From Tricharina praecox (lineage: Eukaryota): a stretch of 64,000 nucleotides of DNA. Positions within the stretch are counted from its first letter, which is position 1; the number at the start of each line of letters is the position of its first letter. Below, piece by piece: positions 38,310 through 50,852 of the stretch. Position numbers and translations under genes: made by a program. The DNA is taken from the NCBI RefSeq assembly GCF_024521635.1, contig NW_026250410.1, positions 992,001 to 1,056,000 of the forward strand, given 5' to 3'. Below the pieces are notes generated by a model. It did not search any database and was not told the DNA's origin. It was given only the letters and a program-made list of their open reading frames with translations.

Positions 38310-39565
38310 TTTTTCGTTTTTCGTTTTTCTTCTTTTTTTTCCTAGCGAGCGAGGAAATCTCCGACCGATGACGATGCACAGCACAGCACACGGACAAGCA
38401 GGCAGGCTGGGTGCAGGGACTGTTTCAGCGGAGTCTTCTCTTCTGTCTCCACCTATCATGGCCCAGCGGTGGGTGTCGTCTCCTTTCCTTCCGTAGGGAC
38501 GACGTTGAGAAAGGACCGTTGATTCGGCTGACGTCGTGGTGTGTGTGACGGCTGTGCTCGTACCTGCATCGTAAGTGCGATTTCTTTTCCCTTTGTCACC
38601 ACCCTGGTATCTCCCGATAGCTGCTGGGACTACTTAGCCAGTAGTATGGTAAAGCACCTACGCGGCGGCGGCGGCGAGTTGCTGGCTCATACATACGGTA
38701 CATGCTGGTGCCGGTTCTCACCCGCCTCTTTCCTTCTGTTGCCCCTTCTTCATCTTTACTCGCGCCGGAAACGCAATCTCCCATGGCTGCTCTTGGGTGC
38801 TGCGAGTGGTGATGCGATGGAGCGGTGGTGGTGTAGATAGACTTCTGCTAGCAACGGTCCCACCACCAAGAGGGCAGGAATGACGGCGTTCTGGGCAGGT
38901 CGTGGCTGTCTTGTCTCTCGGCAGGTGGGTCTACCGTGAAGCGACGGTTGCAATGCTGGGGCCAGAACGATCCAGCGAGTGCACCGTCGAATTGGAAAGG
39001 GGTGACCACGGCGATGGGTGGCATAGTGGGGGAGGGTCTTTGTCGGAGTTGCCGGCGGTGATTGGCTGGCAGGATACCTAGCACGCACATCCCCCTGCAG
39101 AGCGATGCTCGTCTGCAGATGCGAGGAAACGATGGCGCGGGATATCGAACACGCCAAGTTAAAGAATTCCTTCTGTGAGATTTGGGCACGGGTGGTGGTG
39201 GTTGCGATGCTTGAACGTGCTAGCTAGATATCGACATTCAACATTCGACCTCTTTCGGTGTGGCGGCTTGTCACTCACTCCGCTGGCGCACAATGCAACG
39301 CCGGTTCGTCCGAAACTGCTCGTCCGTTGTTGCTACTTCTTCTCGTCTTCTCCCCCTTCCCCCACAACATCCTTTGTTTTACTCTTCATCCTCACCGATC
39401 AAACCTCACTCTCGTTTCGACTTCGCTGCACATCCACCACATCTCCCCCACCACATTCTTTGACCATCTGTCACTCTTTTTGATCTTTGCGCTGCTCAAA
39501 TCACAACAGAAGAGTAGTTTCAATCGTTACGCTCAAACACCACTACAAGGAAAAAGAAGATAAAC

Positions 39566-40524
39566 ATGGTTTCCATCAAGCTCATCGTCGCTGTGGCTAC
39601 AGTCTTCGCTGCTGGTGTGTTCGCTCACGACGGACACCACCACATGCACCGCCGTGGTGTCATCAACAAGAGGTATGCTTATGGCCAGAACGATACCATT
39701 ACCACCGGCATTGTTGGCACTGGTACCGTCGGCCACTTGGAGCCCGTGGTTACGCAGACCACCTACATGGCATCCACCACTTCGTGTGTGACGGTAACCT
39801 ACACTCTTGGTGACGGTCGTGCCATCACCAAGACGATTACGAAGACGATCGAGGTGCCTACCACCGCCTACGAAACACACTACTATTCCACCGCCCCCGT
39901 CGACCCAACTGCGTCTGAGACGACCACCATCTACCACTACATGCCGTCAGCTGCCCCCGAGCAGACCGATGAGCAGGACCGGGAGACGATCACCTCGACT
40001 ACCACTCGCAAGGTCACTGTTCCGGTGTACCACACCGACACCGAGTACCAGACCAATGGCCCCGTCGCCCAGCCGTCTATCGCTCCCGTCGAGTACTCCG
40101 AGCACCCCACCACCACCAAGACTGTGACCGCTACTGCTGTGTCGACGGAAGTCGTTGTATGTGAAACCCGAGCAATTCCTCTTTGTGATCTGATACTAAC
40201 ACATCACAGCATGTCACTATGACCATTGCGCCTCCCGCTCCTATCTACCCTGTTGTCAGCTCGAGCTCTATCCCTAGCTTCAGCTCCAGCTCTCTGCCGG
40301 TTGTGCATCTCCCTCCCTACGCCAACTACACCATGCACACCACGGTCAAGAGCGGTAACCCGACCACCTTCAAGCTGTACACCACCGACAAGGCCGCCCC
40401 CGTCGGCCCCACCGGAACCGGACTGGTTGGCTGCTCCACGGGTCAGACGACGACCATCACGCAGTCGGTTGTCACTACCGTTGCTGGCCCTACTTCCGTC
40501 GAGACTGTCTACCAGTACTACTAG
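39566..40524 (+). CDS. Secreted Thr/Val-rich cell-wall-like protein, exons 39566-40156, 40210-40524 (301 aa)
   Basis: Signal peptide MVSIKLIVAVATVFAAGVFA, His-rich segment HDGHHHMHRR, KR dibasic site, Thr-rich body. Intron GTATGT..CTAAC..CAG; C-ending codon bias. Confidence 0.85.
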
Positions 40525-41029
40525 AACGATTCCTGCGGTGGTTGTTTCGGTAAGGGTGGATCTCATGCGATCACTCGGCGTTAGCACCTCATCCTTCTAG
40601 TTTTCTTGTTCAAGTTTTTTTTCTGTTTTGTCGGCAGCTTGAGGGGAAATAAACCTTTGTAACTGTGTGTTGTGTTCTTTCTTTTCTTTTCTTCTTCTTT
40701 CATTCATTCTTTCATTCTTTTGCTTCTGTGTATCTACTTCGGGATCTAGGGGAACGATGTGATGCGAACCGCACGGACGGCCGAAACGGAATTAAGTGTT
40801 TAGTGTTGCCAAAGTGTGTACGTTTAACGTGTGCTGTGTGCTGTGCTGTACGAGGTGCTTCGATAGGAATCATCTGATTGGAGAACATCTACATACTATG
40901 CTTGCTCTACTATGAGTGTTGGGTTCTGTGTGAACGAGGGTGGTTGGGTGTGAATGGGAGCTACGGTACCGGTATGGTGCTTCTGTGAATGGTCCGTCGA
41001 CCTGGGGGGTTTCATATCACACATACACC

Positions 41030-41294
41030 GGTGAAATAAAGATATCTCGATGATCTGGTTTCTAAATGGTGCCGATAGGTATCTTCTCCAGGACCTTTTC
41101 GGGATAAGAAATGGTGGGCAGGCTTAGCTTCATGCTTCCCCAGGCCTGGCTACCTACTCCACGGTGAAACAAAGATCTCTCGATGATCTGGTTTCCAAAT
41201 GGCGCTGATACCGGTATCTTCTCCAGAACCTTTTCGGCATAAGCTGTGGTGGGCAAGCTGAGCTTCATTCTTCCCAAGGCCTGACTACGTACTC
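41030..41294 (-). repeat. Diverged two-copy tandem repeat of about 133 bp, possible relic of a TPR-repeat gene
   Basis: Copies start at 41030 and 41163 (GGTGAAAYAAAGATMTCTCGATGATCTGGTTTC...). Confidence 0.75.
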
Positions 41295-42360
41295 AGACTC
41301 TAACGTATTTCCTAGTCAAGATTACTTCTTAGCGGTGGGACAAAGGCTACCACATCTTCTCCAGGAAATTTCAGAGACAGGTATCATACATGGCGGCGAG
41401 TGAGTTGAACCACATTCTCCAAAGGTTGAGCGGCATCCACGATGTACTGGGTATTTTCTCAGCGGCGGGACAAAGGGCGTGAACCTCATGATCTGTCTCC
41501 CTTCATGCGTCCATATTCTCCACGGCCTTCCGTGGCTAGGAAACTACCGGAGCAAGTTGAACAGCCTGTGATTGACGCTTGAGGTATAAAACATAGCGCT
41601 GTCCGCGATGCCAGGGCTGGCGCCGAACCTATGCGAGGCAATCGTGCTCGCTGGCTCCTTGATCCTGCTCACCTGGGCCAAGGGAGTGCCCGTGTTTTGC
41701 ACGTGGTTTAACAACGAGCATCCCGATCGCTGCGAATGCCTAAGAGACGCTGTGTGTCACCAAGAATTGTGGAACTCACGGGGGCGGGGAGGGTGGTGGG
41801 AACGAGGGAAGAGGGTTGGGGAGTTGATGGGTTGATGGGTTGAGGACTGAACTGGGACTCGACGAGGCGTTGCTTTAACCTCAGACCAAGCGATGCTGAG
41901 GAATACACAAGTAGAGTACCTAGATCCAAGTGGGGTAGTTCATATGTTTATCTTAGCATTAACTTACGCGAGGGGCCGGTGAGAACTGTGACTTGAGCTT
42001 TATCTTTTTTTCGCCTAGAGTCTACCCAGAGTAACGCAGTGACGTTGAGGTAGAGTGCGGCAGATGACTCGAGGAGATTCTTTCGAAAGGGTTCTGTGCT
42101 GTAGCCACCTGCTTGCCTGTGTCAGCCAGCTGCTCTACTCTACCTACCATCCCGGTCAGTCGTGGTAGCCTCTAGTCTCACCGACGTCAATATCACGAAC
42201 CCCTCCGCGCTGTAACAAACCGCCCTCCCACCATAGACCGCCCATCCCACCATCCCGCCATCCCCCCACAACTTCGCTCCCAATCCCACCCGACCTCCGC
42301 ACAACTCCACAGCACATTTGCACGCCCATCCGAAGCTTCACCAAGACCTTACGCAAACCC

Positions 42361-45300
42361 ATGTCCTCTCCCAGTCCCGACCTTCCAGCGGCGGCAGATG
42401 CAGATGCAGTGACTTGCCCCCCTCCCCCTCCACCGTCCCACCACCCCGCCGAGTAACACCTAACTGACCCCCGCAGATCCGCAGCAAACGCTTAGCCCGT
42501 CTCCAAGCCCTGCAGCAGCAGCAACAGCAGCAGCGACCATCCGCAGAACCGAGCCATCCACCGCCAGACGCGCCCGACGAAGCTTCAAAGTCGGCCACGA
42601 CGCAGCAGCAGCACCGTCCGGAATCGCGACTTCTCGCCCCCACCACAACAAATCCCGAGGTTGCGTCTCCATCGCTCAAGCGCGCGGCGTCCCCCACGGC
42701 AGCTCCGCAGACCATCAGGATCGCGCCGGCGGCGGCGAGTGCTGGCCCGTTGAAGCAGCTACTGGCACCGGAGGGCGGCCTCACACAGCAGGAAGCCTGG
42801 GAGGATCAGAAACTCGGGCAGATTTTTAAGGTTGCGCTAAGGGTATGTGCTCCCCATCCTATACGTGATGTGGACACGTTGCGTTCGGGTGGGTGGGTGG
42901 GGGTGCTGATGGAGGGGTTGAGCTACAGTCGAGCCCGAGAACTACTTCCGGGGGTTATTTGATTCTGGATGATTTATGCAGAGACCTGCAGGACGAGGTC
43001 GAGCCGGGGAAGGGTAAGTGGAAGGAATGAGATCCTGCATGTCGTGTGCTCGCTCATTGATGTGCTCCTGTTCCAGTTCCCCACCTCTCGGTGTCGATCC
43101 TCGACCAATTGATCCTGAGCATTTGCGGCAAGAACGTGGTGCCGTTGAATCATCTGATCGGATCGTGGAAGCGAGCGATGGATATCCAGCGCAAGACTCC
43201 AGCGAGCAGGTTGGACGCGGAAAAGATTGGGATCCTGAAGGAGGTTAGGCGCATGTGCTCCAACTATGCGCTCTACTGCATCACGATGCCGGATATGTTT
43301 GGGTGGGTGGTCTTTGTGACGGGACACGGTGCGAGACCTTGCTGATTCGCGTATAGCGGCAATCAGCCCCCCGTACGGTTGGACCAGCGGTTGATCACCG
43401 ACCCGGAAGACGACCAGGGACTACCGCAGGACATCTTACTGGAGTGGGTGTCGAAACTTGACGAGGAGCCGGAGCTGTTGGGTAAATTCGAGGAAGCCTT
43501 CGTACTCATGAGCACAACACTAGCAGACATGAGTATGTGCGACGACTATAAAGTATACATCTCTGCGCTCAACCGAATAGCACATATCAAGCCGCTGGCG
43601 GACATCTTCACCGGCCTACCTGAATTCTTGTCTGAGACGGAACCACAGGACATGGAGACGACGATGGTGCTGGGCCCGTTCTTCCGGATCTCGCCACTGC
43701 AGGCCGAGGTATCCAGGCAATACTTTTCCAATGGCAAGGCGAAGGCAGCAGTCACCATTCGGGACACCACAAATGCCCTACGCATGGCCTCGAAATCGCT
43801 GCAGGAGGAGCTTGCGCAGATTGTGACGGCACTGTGCAAGGCTTCTGATCGGTCGCGCGGACGGGTGCTCGACTTCTTCGCCGCAGTCATCAATTCAAAC
43901 AGGAAACGTGCTGCACTTCACGTTGACCACACTACGGTTAGCTCGGACGGGTTCATGGTCAACATCTCGGCGGTGTTGACCCGTCTGTGTGAGCCGTTCA
44001 TGGACTCGACATATTCCAAGATCGATAGGATCGATGTGGACTACTTCCGTCGTAACCCAAGGCTAGAAATCGGCGAGGAGACAAAGCTGAATGCCGACGA
44101 TCAATCCTCGAAGAAGTTTTACTCTGAGGTCGTAGAGGGAAAGGATAGTTTCATCACCGAGATCTTCTTCCTCACCGTCGCGGGGCTCTACTATGGCTTG
44201 GGTACGACGGAGTCTGAGCACGACGGACTTGCTAGGGATATTCCCGAGATGGAGAGGCACCTGGCAAGAATTCAAGAGGACCGGCAGAGATATATTGGGG
44301 TATGCTATTACTGATACATCATGTATCACCCCACACTGGAAGGCAGAGACTAACCGTGACGATAGACTCCCGCTTTGGCAGTTCTCGACCGGAACATTGC
44401 CAAGATCAAGGACCGGATAGATGGCGCCATTGCATACAGATTCGCTCTCGAGGTGGTCCTGTGGGATCGCACCATACAAGCTTCGGTACTGCTGTTTATG
44501 AGGTATCAAATGGTTTGGCTGCTCAGACTTGTTGATCCACACCATCAGTACCCGAATAAGCTCATCACGTATGTCGTTCCCCCACCATCCGATGCCCGTG
44601 GCGAACTGACCAATGTGACAGATTGCCACTGCCCGACCCTCCGGCGCATGTTTTCAACCATCTACCAGAATATATGGTCGAGTCCGTTGGTAACATCGTC
44701 AGCTTCGTCAGCGTGTACACGCCCGAGGTTCTGATCTCAACACAGTTGACGGAGCTCCTGGTTTTTTCCGTGACTTTCCTGCGGTCATCGAAATACATCA
44801 TGAAGGCCACACTCAAGTCGAAGCTCGTGGAAATAATATTTTACGGCACTCGACCGGGTGGCCCGTCTCGCAGCGGTAATGGATATTTGGGAGAACTGGT
44901 CCATGGGAACAAGTTCATCCTGCAGCATCTGATGCATGCGCTGATGAACTTTTACATTGGTTTGCCCCTTCCCCTACCTATCCGACTGATGGAGGCTAAC
45001 AACAACACAGAGATCGAGAAGCATTACTACGAAAAGTTCAACGTGCGCTATCACATCTCCAAGATCATCCAGCAGCTCTGGCCCAACCAGCAGTACCGGG
45101 ACAAGCTCGAGCAAGAGAGCGAACACAACGTGGACTTCTTTGTCCGCTTCGTGGCCCTGTTGCTGAACGACGTGACATACGTCCTGGACAATGCTCTCGC
45201 CGCACTCATCGACATCCGCAAGTACCAAGATGAGCTCGAAAGCAGTGCGGCTAGCTTCCTTACTGAAGAGCAAAAGTCCGACAAAGAAAAAGCTCTGGCC

Positions 45301-46118
45301 AAAGCAGAGCGCGACGCACAATCATACATGCAGTTTGGCAACGAAACCGTAATAATGCTCAACCTCTTTACGTCCGCCATCGGCGATTCCTTTGTACAGC
45401 CCGAAATCGTCTCTCGCCTCGCTGGCATGCTCGACTACAACCTCGAAGCCCTCGTTGGGCCAAAGTGCAACAACCTCCGCGTCCGCAACCCCGATAAATA
45501 CCGTTTCAACCCCAAGGCGCTTCTCGGCGAAATCACAGGTGTATACATAAACCTCTCCTCCAAGCCTCCGTTCATCGAAGCCATCGCGCGCGACGGCCGC
45601 TCCTACAAGCCGCAAACCTTCGAGCTCGCCATCTCGGTACTGCAGAAACACCACCTCCGCAGTAACGAGGACATCGCGGTCCTTGCCAAACTTGCGCAGG
45701 AGGTGGAGATCGTCAAGGCGCGCGAGGACAAGGACGAACTGGAGCTGGGCGATGTACCAGACGAGTTTATGGATCCGCTCATGTTCACGCTCATGGAGGA
45801 TCCTGTCATCCTCCCTACGAGCAGAACGAGCATCGATCGACAGACTATCAAGTCGCATCTGCTCTCTGATGCTACAGACCCGTTTAATCGTGCCCCGCTG
45901 AAGATTGAGGATGTTGTGCCTGGTATGTTAACTTCCTTCCTTCCTTCTTTCCTTGGAGAAAAAAAAAGAAGGGTGTGGGATAAATGGCTGACTGACTGAC
46001 TGCTGGAAAAGATACGGAGCTGAAGGGAAAGATCGATGCGTGGGTTTCTGAGCGCCGGGCGGCGGTGAAGGCTCAGAAGGTGGCGGCAGAGAGCGGAGCA
46101 ATGGAGATAGATGGTTGA
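42361..46118 (+). CDS. UFD2: Ubiquitin conjugation factor E4 (U-box), 9 exons: 42361-42408, 42477-42842, 42929-43013, 43077-43302, 43357-44299, 44366-44568, 44622-44959, 45011-45922, 46012-46118 (1075 aa)
   Basis: [10 protein letters not shown]-terminus, [37 protein letters not shown]-box [38 protein letters not shown]; 3228 nt spliced. Confidence 0.96.
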
Positions 46119-47237
46119 TTTTTCTTTCTTTCTTCTTTTTAATTTTATTTTTGCTTTCCTTTTCCTTTTCCTTTCCCATTGTTCGATCGTTCGATCGTTC
46201 TACCTATCCTTTTCGAGTGGGCAGCCGTGTTCGTGTTTTGGCATGGTTGCGTGTAAGGCTTTGTACCTGTGTATGTACAAACGTGTTGCCGTGGAGGCAG
46301 TTATTCATGGAGGTAACTCATGGCCCAGTACAGTAGGTAAGTAGGTGGATGAATACCTACTCTACTCTACTCTACATACTGCAGATTGATGGTACTGTGT
46401 TTCTGTGCTCCCTTCAACTTCAACTTCAACTTCTTTAACTTTAGCTTCAGCTTCATCAATAAAAGTAAAAGTCTCCAGGTAGAACAGGTAGAAGTAAAAT
46501 AGCATTATAACCCCTCCCCCCTCCTCCTCCGTATCTCCTCCATATCATCATCATCCCTCCTCATCATCCTCCCAGCGTTGTACATATCCACCGCTCCCCT
46601 CACCTCCCAAATCATCACGTACATGGGCACTCAAAATCAAAATCAGAATTCAATGATAGAGTTTGTAGAAACTGGAAAACGGCGAAGAAAAAAAAAGGGA
46701 ATGAAATGCTACAAGCTACATAGAGTAAAGAGGTATAAAGGGAATAACACAAGAGCAACATACAAAGCAACATACAAGCAAAGCAACACAAGCAATACAA
46801 AAGCAACAAGTAAAGCAAGACAGCGCAAGACAGTAAAAGCAAAAGCGTGTGATGTGTGTGTGTTAAAATAAAAAAAAGAGAGAGAGAGAAAAAGAAGCAA
46901 GCAGATTCACGTCACTTTCAGCCCCTCCCCTTCTTCTTCTTCTTCTTCTTCTTCTTCTTCTTCCGTGGCAAAAAGCACATGTGAAACCACTTCAATCATT
47001 GTAGCGATACCCGTCCCTCCATTCTCTGTCCGCCCCCTCCCCTATACCGCTCCCACAACCGTCGACAAGTAGGAAACAAACACTAGACACGCAGCACACA
47101 CACACACACGCACACACACAACACAAACTAGGAACACACAACACGGACACACGAGGCAGCAGATGATAGACTAAAAAACAACACAGGTATATTCGGACTT
47201 CGCGCGTTTGCCATTCCTTTCGGTCTTCTTCGCTCCT

Positions 47238-48112
47238 TTACAAGATGCTGCACGGCTTCTTGACCTTGGCCTTCTTTTGCATTAACGCGCAGCGGGTGGC
47301 GTGCTCAAACACCTCACGAACACCCTCGTTGGTCTTGGCGGAACACTCGAGGTATCGCTCGGCCCTGATGACCTTCTTGACGGCATCACCCTGTACACAG
47401 GATTAGACATCATGTACACGTACGAAGCAGGAAGCATGCAGGACATACCTCGTTCTCGGTGACGGGCTTCTGCGACGTCTTTGCGAGCTCCTGGATGGTC
47501 TTCTGGTCGTTCCGCAGATCCTTCTTGCAGCCGACCAAGATGATGGGCAGACCGTGGCAGAAGTGAAGCACCTCAGAGATCCACTATATCGAATGAATTA
47601 GTTGCTGATCCCCCAAACCGATGCTTATCCTGAAAGCGCGTACCTTCTCCTGGACGTTCTCGAGCGAATCTGGCGAGTCGATCGCGAAGCAGATCAGGAT
47701 GACGTGCGAATCGGGGTACGAGAGAGGTCGGAGACGATCGTAATCCTCCTGGCCAGCGGTATCCCACAAGGCCAGCTCGACGTGCTTGCCATCGACCTCG
47801 ACATCGGCGACGTAATTCTCGAAAACGGTAGGAACGTAGACCTAAAACACACACGCGTTCCGTCAATTTTTCTGTTCGTCCATACCACGTGTCGCGGACC
47901 GGTTCGGGTGTTTGCTCCGGAAAGTTGAGAATCTACCTCAGGGAAGGTTCCTTTCGAAAACACGCTATTGATCCAAACCGTTAGCAACCAAGGCAAGGGA
48001 ACGAGACTGGAACCGAGGGAGAAAAAAATTGGAAGATTCCTTACATGAGCAAACAGGTCTTTCCGCAGGCTCCGTCACCGACAATAACCAACTTGCGTCT
48101 GATTTCGGCCAT
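47238..48112 (-). CDS. RHO1: Rho1 GTPase, exons 48112-48045, 47964-47937, 47841-47644, 47583-47449, 47390-47238 (193 aa)
   Basis: [73 protein letters not shown]-terminal CAAX KKPCSIL. Confidence 0.98.
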
Positions 48113-48508
48113 TGCTGCTGTAAGGATGGACGAGCTGTGATTAGCGAGGGCGCAAGATAACGAGGCGCGAAGCGAAGTGAGAGATTGTGGCGAAAGAGGA
48201 GGATAGAGAGAGAGAACGAGAGACAAGAGGAGAGGAAGAGCGGGTGGTGTAGGAAAGAGGTAGTTAGGTAAACGGCAAGTGGTAGATGGCAGCCGAAACA
48301 CTTGTGGTTGTTGGTTGTGGTTGCTGTGGTGGTGGTAGTGGTGGTGGTGGTTGGGATGGAGTTGGTGTTAAGGGGCTGAAGGTATTGTTTATCGGGGGAG
48401 GGGGGATGGGGCTGGGGCTGGGTTGTGGAACAGAGCTCTCTCGAAGCGGCCACAGCTTCCAAAGCTGGGAGAGCTCCATCTCTCTCCACGATAGTGTCTT
48501 TCTCATAT

Positions 48509-48510
<2 letters not shown>

Positions 48511-48542
<32 letters not shown>
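48511..48542. repeat. (CT)n microsatellite upstream of RHO1
   Basis: Directly visible. Confidence 0.9.
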
Positions 48543-48546
<4 letters not shown>

Positions 48547-50852
48547 ATACTCCATCTCTCTGTCCGACTGTTTCCTTCCGACAGCTCTCCGGAGTGGGGG
48601 GTTCAAATATGACTTACCAATGAGTGTTTATCTCTTGATCAGGGGTGTGTTGAGCGAGCGAAGGTCGGGGAGCGCGAGTCGAAGGGAAGAAACGCGATTT
48701 GCGGTCGGTCTGTGGTATCGGGGAAGATGTCAGTTGTGTGTGAGGAAGCGGGTTTGGTGGTTGATGGGGATTATGAATTTGAAGATGGAGGTTGGGTGGT
48801 AGTGGTAGCGGGAGACGGGGTAGTAGCAGCAAGCAAGTAAGGTAGTAAAGGGGAGGGAAGGTCCGGGGTGGCGGTGGAGGGGGATGGGGGGGATACTCAA
48901 GACGTACGTATTGATTATGGGGGGTGGTGGTTGTGGTGAGTGTGGGAGTTGGTGGTTGGGATGGTGTTGCAGTAAGGTAGAGAGGTAAAGTAAGGTAGCA
49001 GAAGCAGTAGCGTCAGGCAGGGCGTCAGTTCGGAGGTGAGTGAGAGGAAGAGGAGGAGGAAGAAGGAAGGGAGTGGTCTTTGGGGGTGGTTGGCTTAGTC
49101 GGTGGCTGCCTTTGCTTGCTTGACTACATACAAAAGTGACAGTGCCCGACCCAGCACCCGCTCGGGGCTTGGCCCAACAGCAACCACCACCACTCACCAC
49201 CACTCACCACCACCACCACTTTCAATTGCACGCATCTGCGTGCGCGGATGAGATTGGGATGGTTTCGTGCTTCAATTGTTCGCAGTAATTTCAAATCAAT
49301 TCTCTATTTAAATAAATAACAGATAGTTGCGTAAAAAGACAAAAGAAAAGGGGAATTTCGCTGTGTATGATTCATGATTCACAATTCCCCACGCCCTCGC
49401 CGTGCAGTCGCCCGCCCGCGATTATTCCCCCGTCATTGCTGCATCGCTGCATCGGTCGGTCGGTCGGTCGGTCACTTCCCGCCGTACCGTATAGATACCG
49501 TATCTACCGCATCTATCGTGAATTGGAGTGCTGGTGCTGATGCTGGTACTGGGAGACGACGGTATCGAATCCGGCGGATCATAATCACCGTAGTTACGGT
49601 CTGGTATGCCTATTGCTGCCCAATGCCCTCCCATGATCTATCCCCCCCAAAACGAGGCGACATCATCCATCACCGTTTAGTAATCCCCGTGCCTCGAGCC
49701 TTGAAAGGCCCGCCCTCCCATCCACCCCCAACGAACGAAACCCGGACCAGCTCCAAACGCATCCCGTCCGTTGCCCATCCATCCATCCACCCATCCATCC
49801 ATCCCATCGTTCCTTCCCCCCTCCCTCCCATCCATCCCCCTCCCCTTGCGGTAGATAGTGGTAACCCTTCCCCTGCTCGATGACGCGCAATCATAAAACC
49901 CGCGAACAAACCAGTCCAAACCAGTCCAAAAGCTGCCCCAAACGTGCACCCACCCCCCAGAAACACGAGAAAATGAGAAACGAGGGAAATGGAAAATGGA
50001 AGAGAAAAAACGCGACGCGTCTGTCCTCCTATCTATCTTTCTGCCTGCGAAGTTGTCACGGATCCGAAACCAAAAAACAAAACAGTACCCATTATGTATC
50101 GGACCACTTCCCCCCCAAGCCCCAAGCCGGCCGCCCGGCTGTAAGCGCCTCATCCCGAAAGCTTAGCTTAGCTTACCACTTACCAGCCTTCTTCCCTTCC
50201 CTTCCCTTCCCCTTCCCTTCCCTTGCGCGCCCGCCCAGTCCAGCTGGGCAAGCCATCCTACCTATCGCTGCAAGACCAGTGGGCGCGCGGGCAGTGGGCA
50301 GTGGATAGACGGATGCGTGGATGGATGCGTGTATGGATGCGTGGGTAGGTGGAAGGAAGGAAGAACCCGCATCATGTCATGCATGCGTGCGCAGGCAGGC
50401 AGGCAGGCAGAGTCAAGGCTGAGTGAGGTGAGTGATAGATGGGGAGTGCCCAGGCAACAGCCTACCTCCATATCTACCTGCTATGTACTCTACATATCAT
50501 ACCGTACCCTTTCCTTCCTTCCTTCCTTCCTTCATCGCTCGATCCAATCCAATCATACCGTATCTCTAGTATCTACATATCATCATCCATGGCATGGAAA
50601 CTGGACATGTGAACTGAACCGAACCGAACTGATTGATATGCATGTTCCCAATTCGCATCCCCATCCCGTCCCGTCCACCATATCATTACATGGAGTACAT
50701 ACCTAGATACCGTATCCACAGCCATGAGCGAAGCCGCAAATCCAGTGCCAAAAATAACAAAAAAAAACCAACCCCCAGCGTTTGCAAGAAGAAAAGACAT
50801 AATCAAGATCCCAATGACAATGACAGCTCAACGGTTACATGTGTATGTACCA

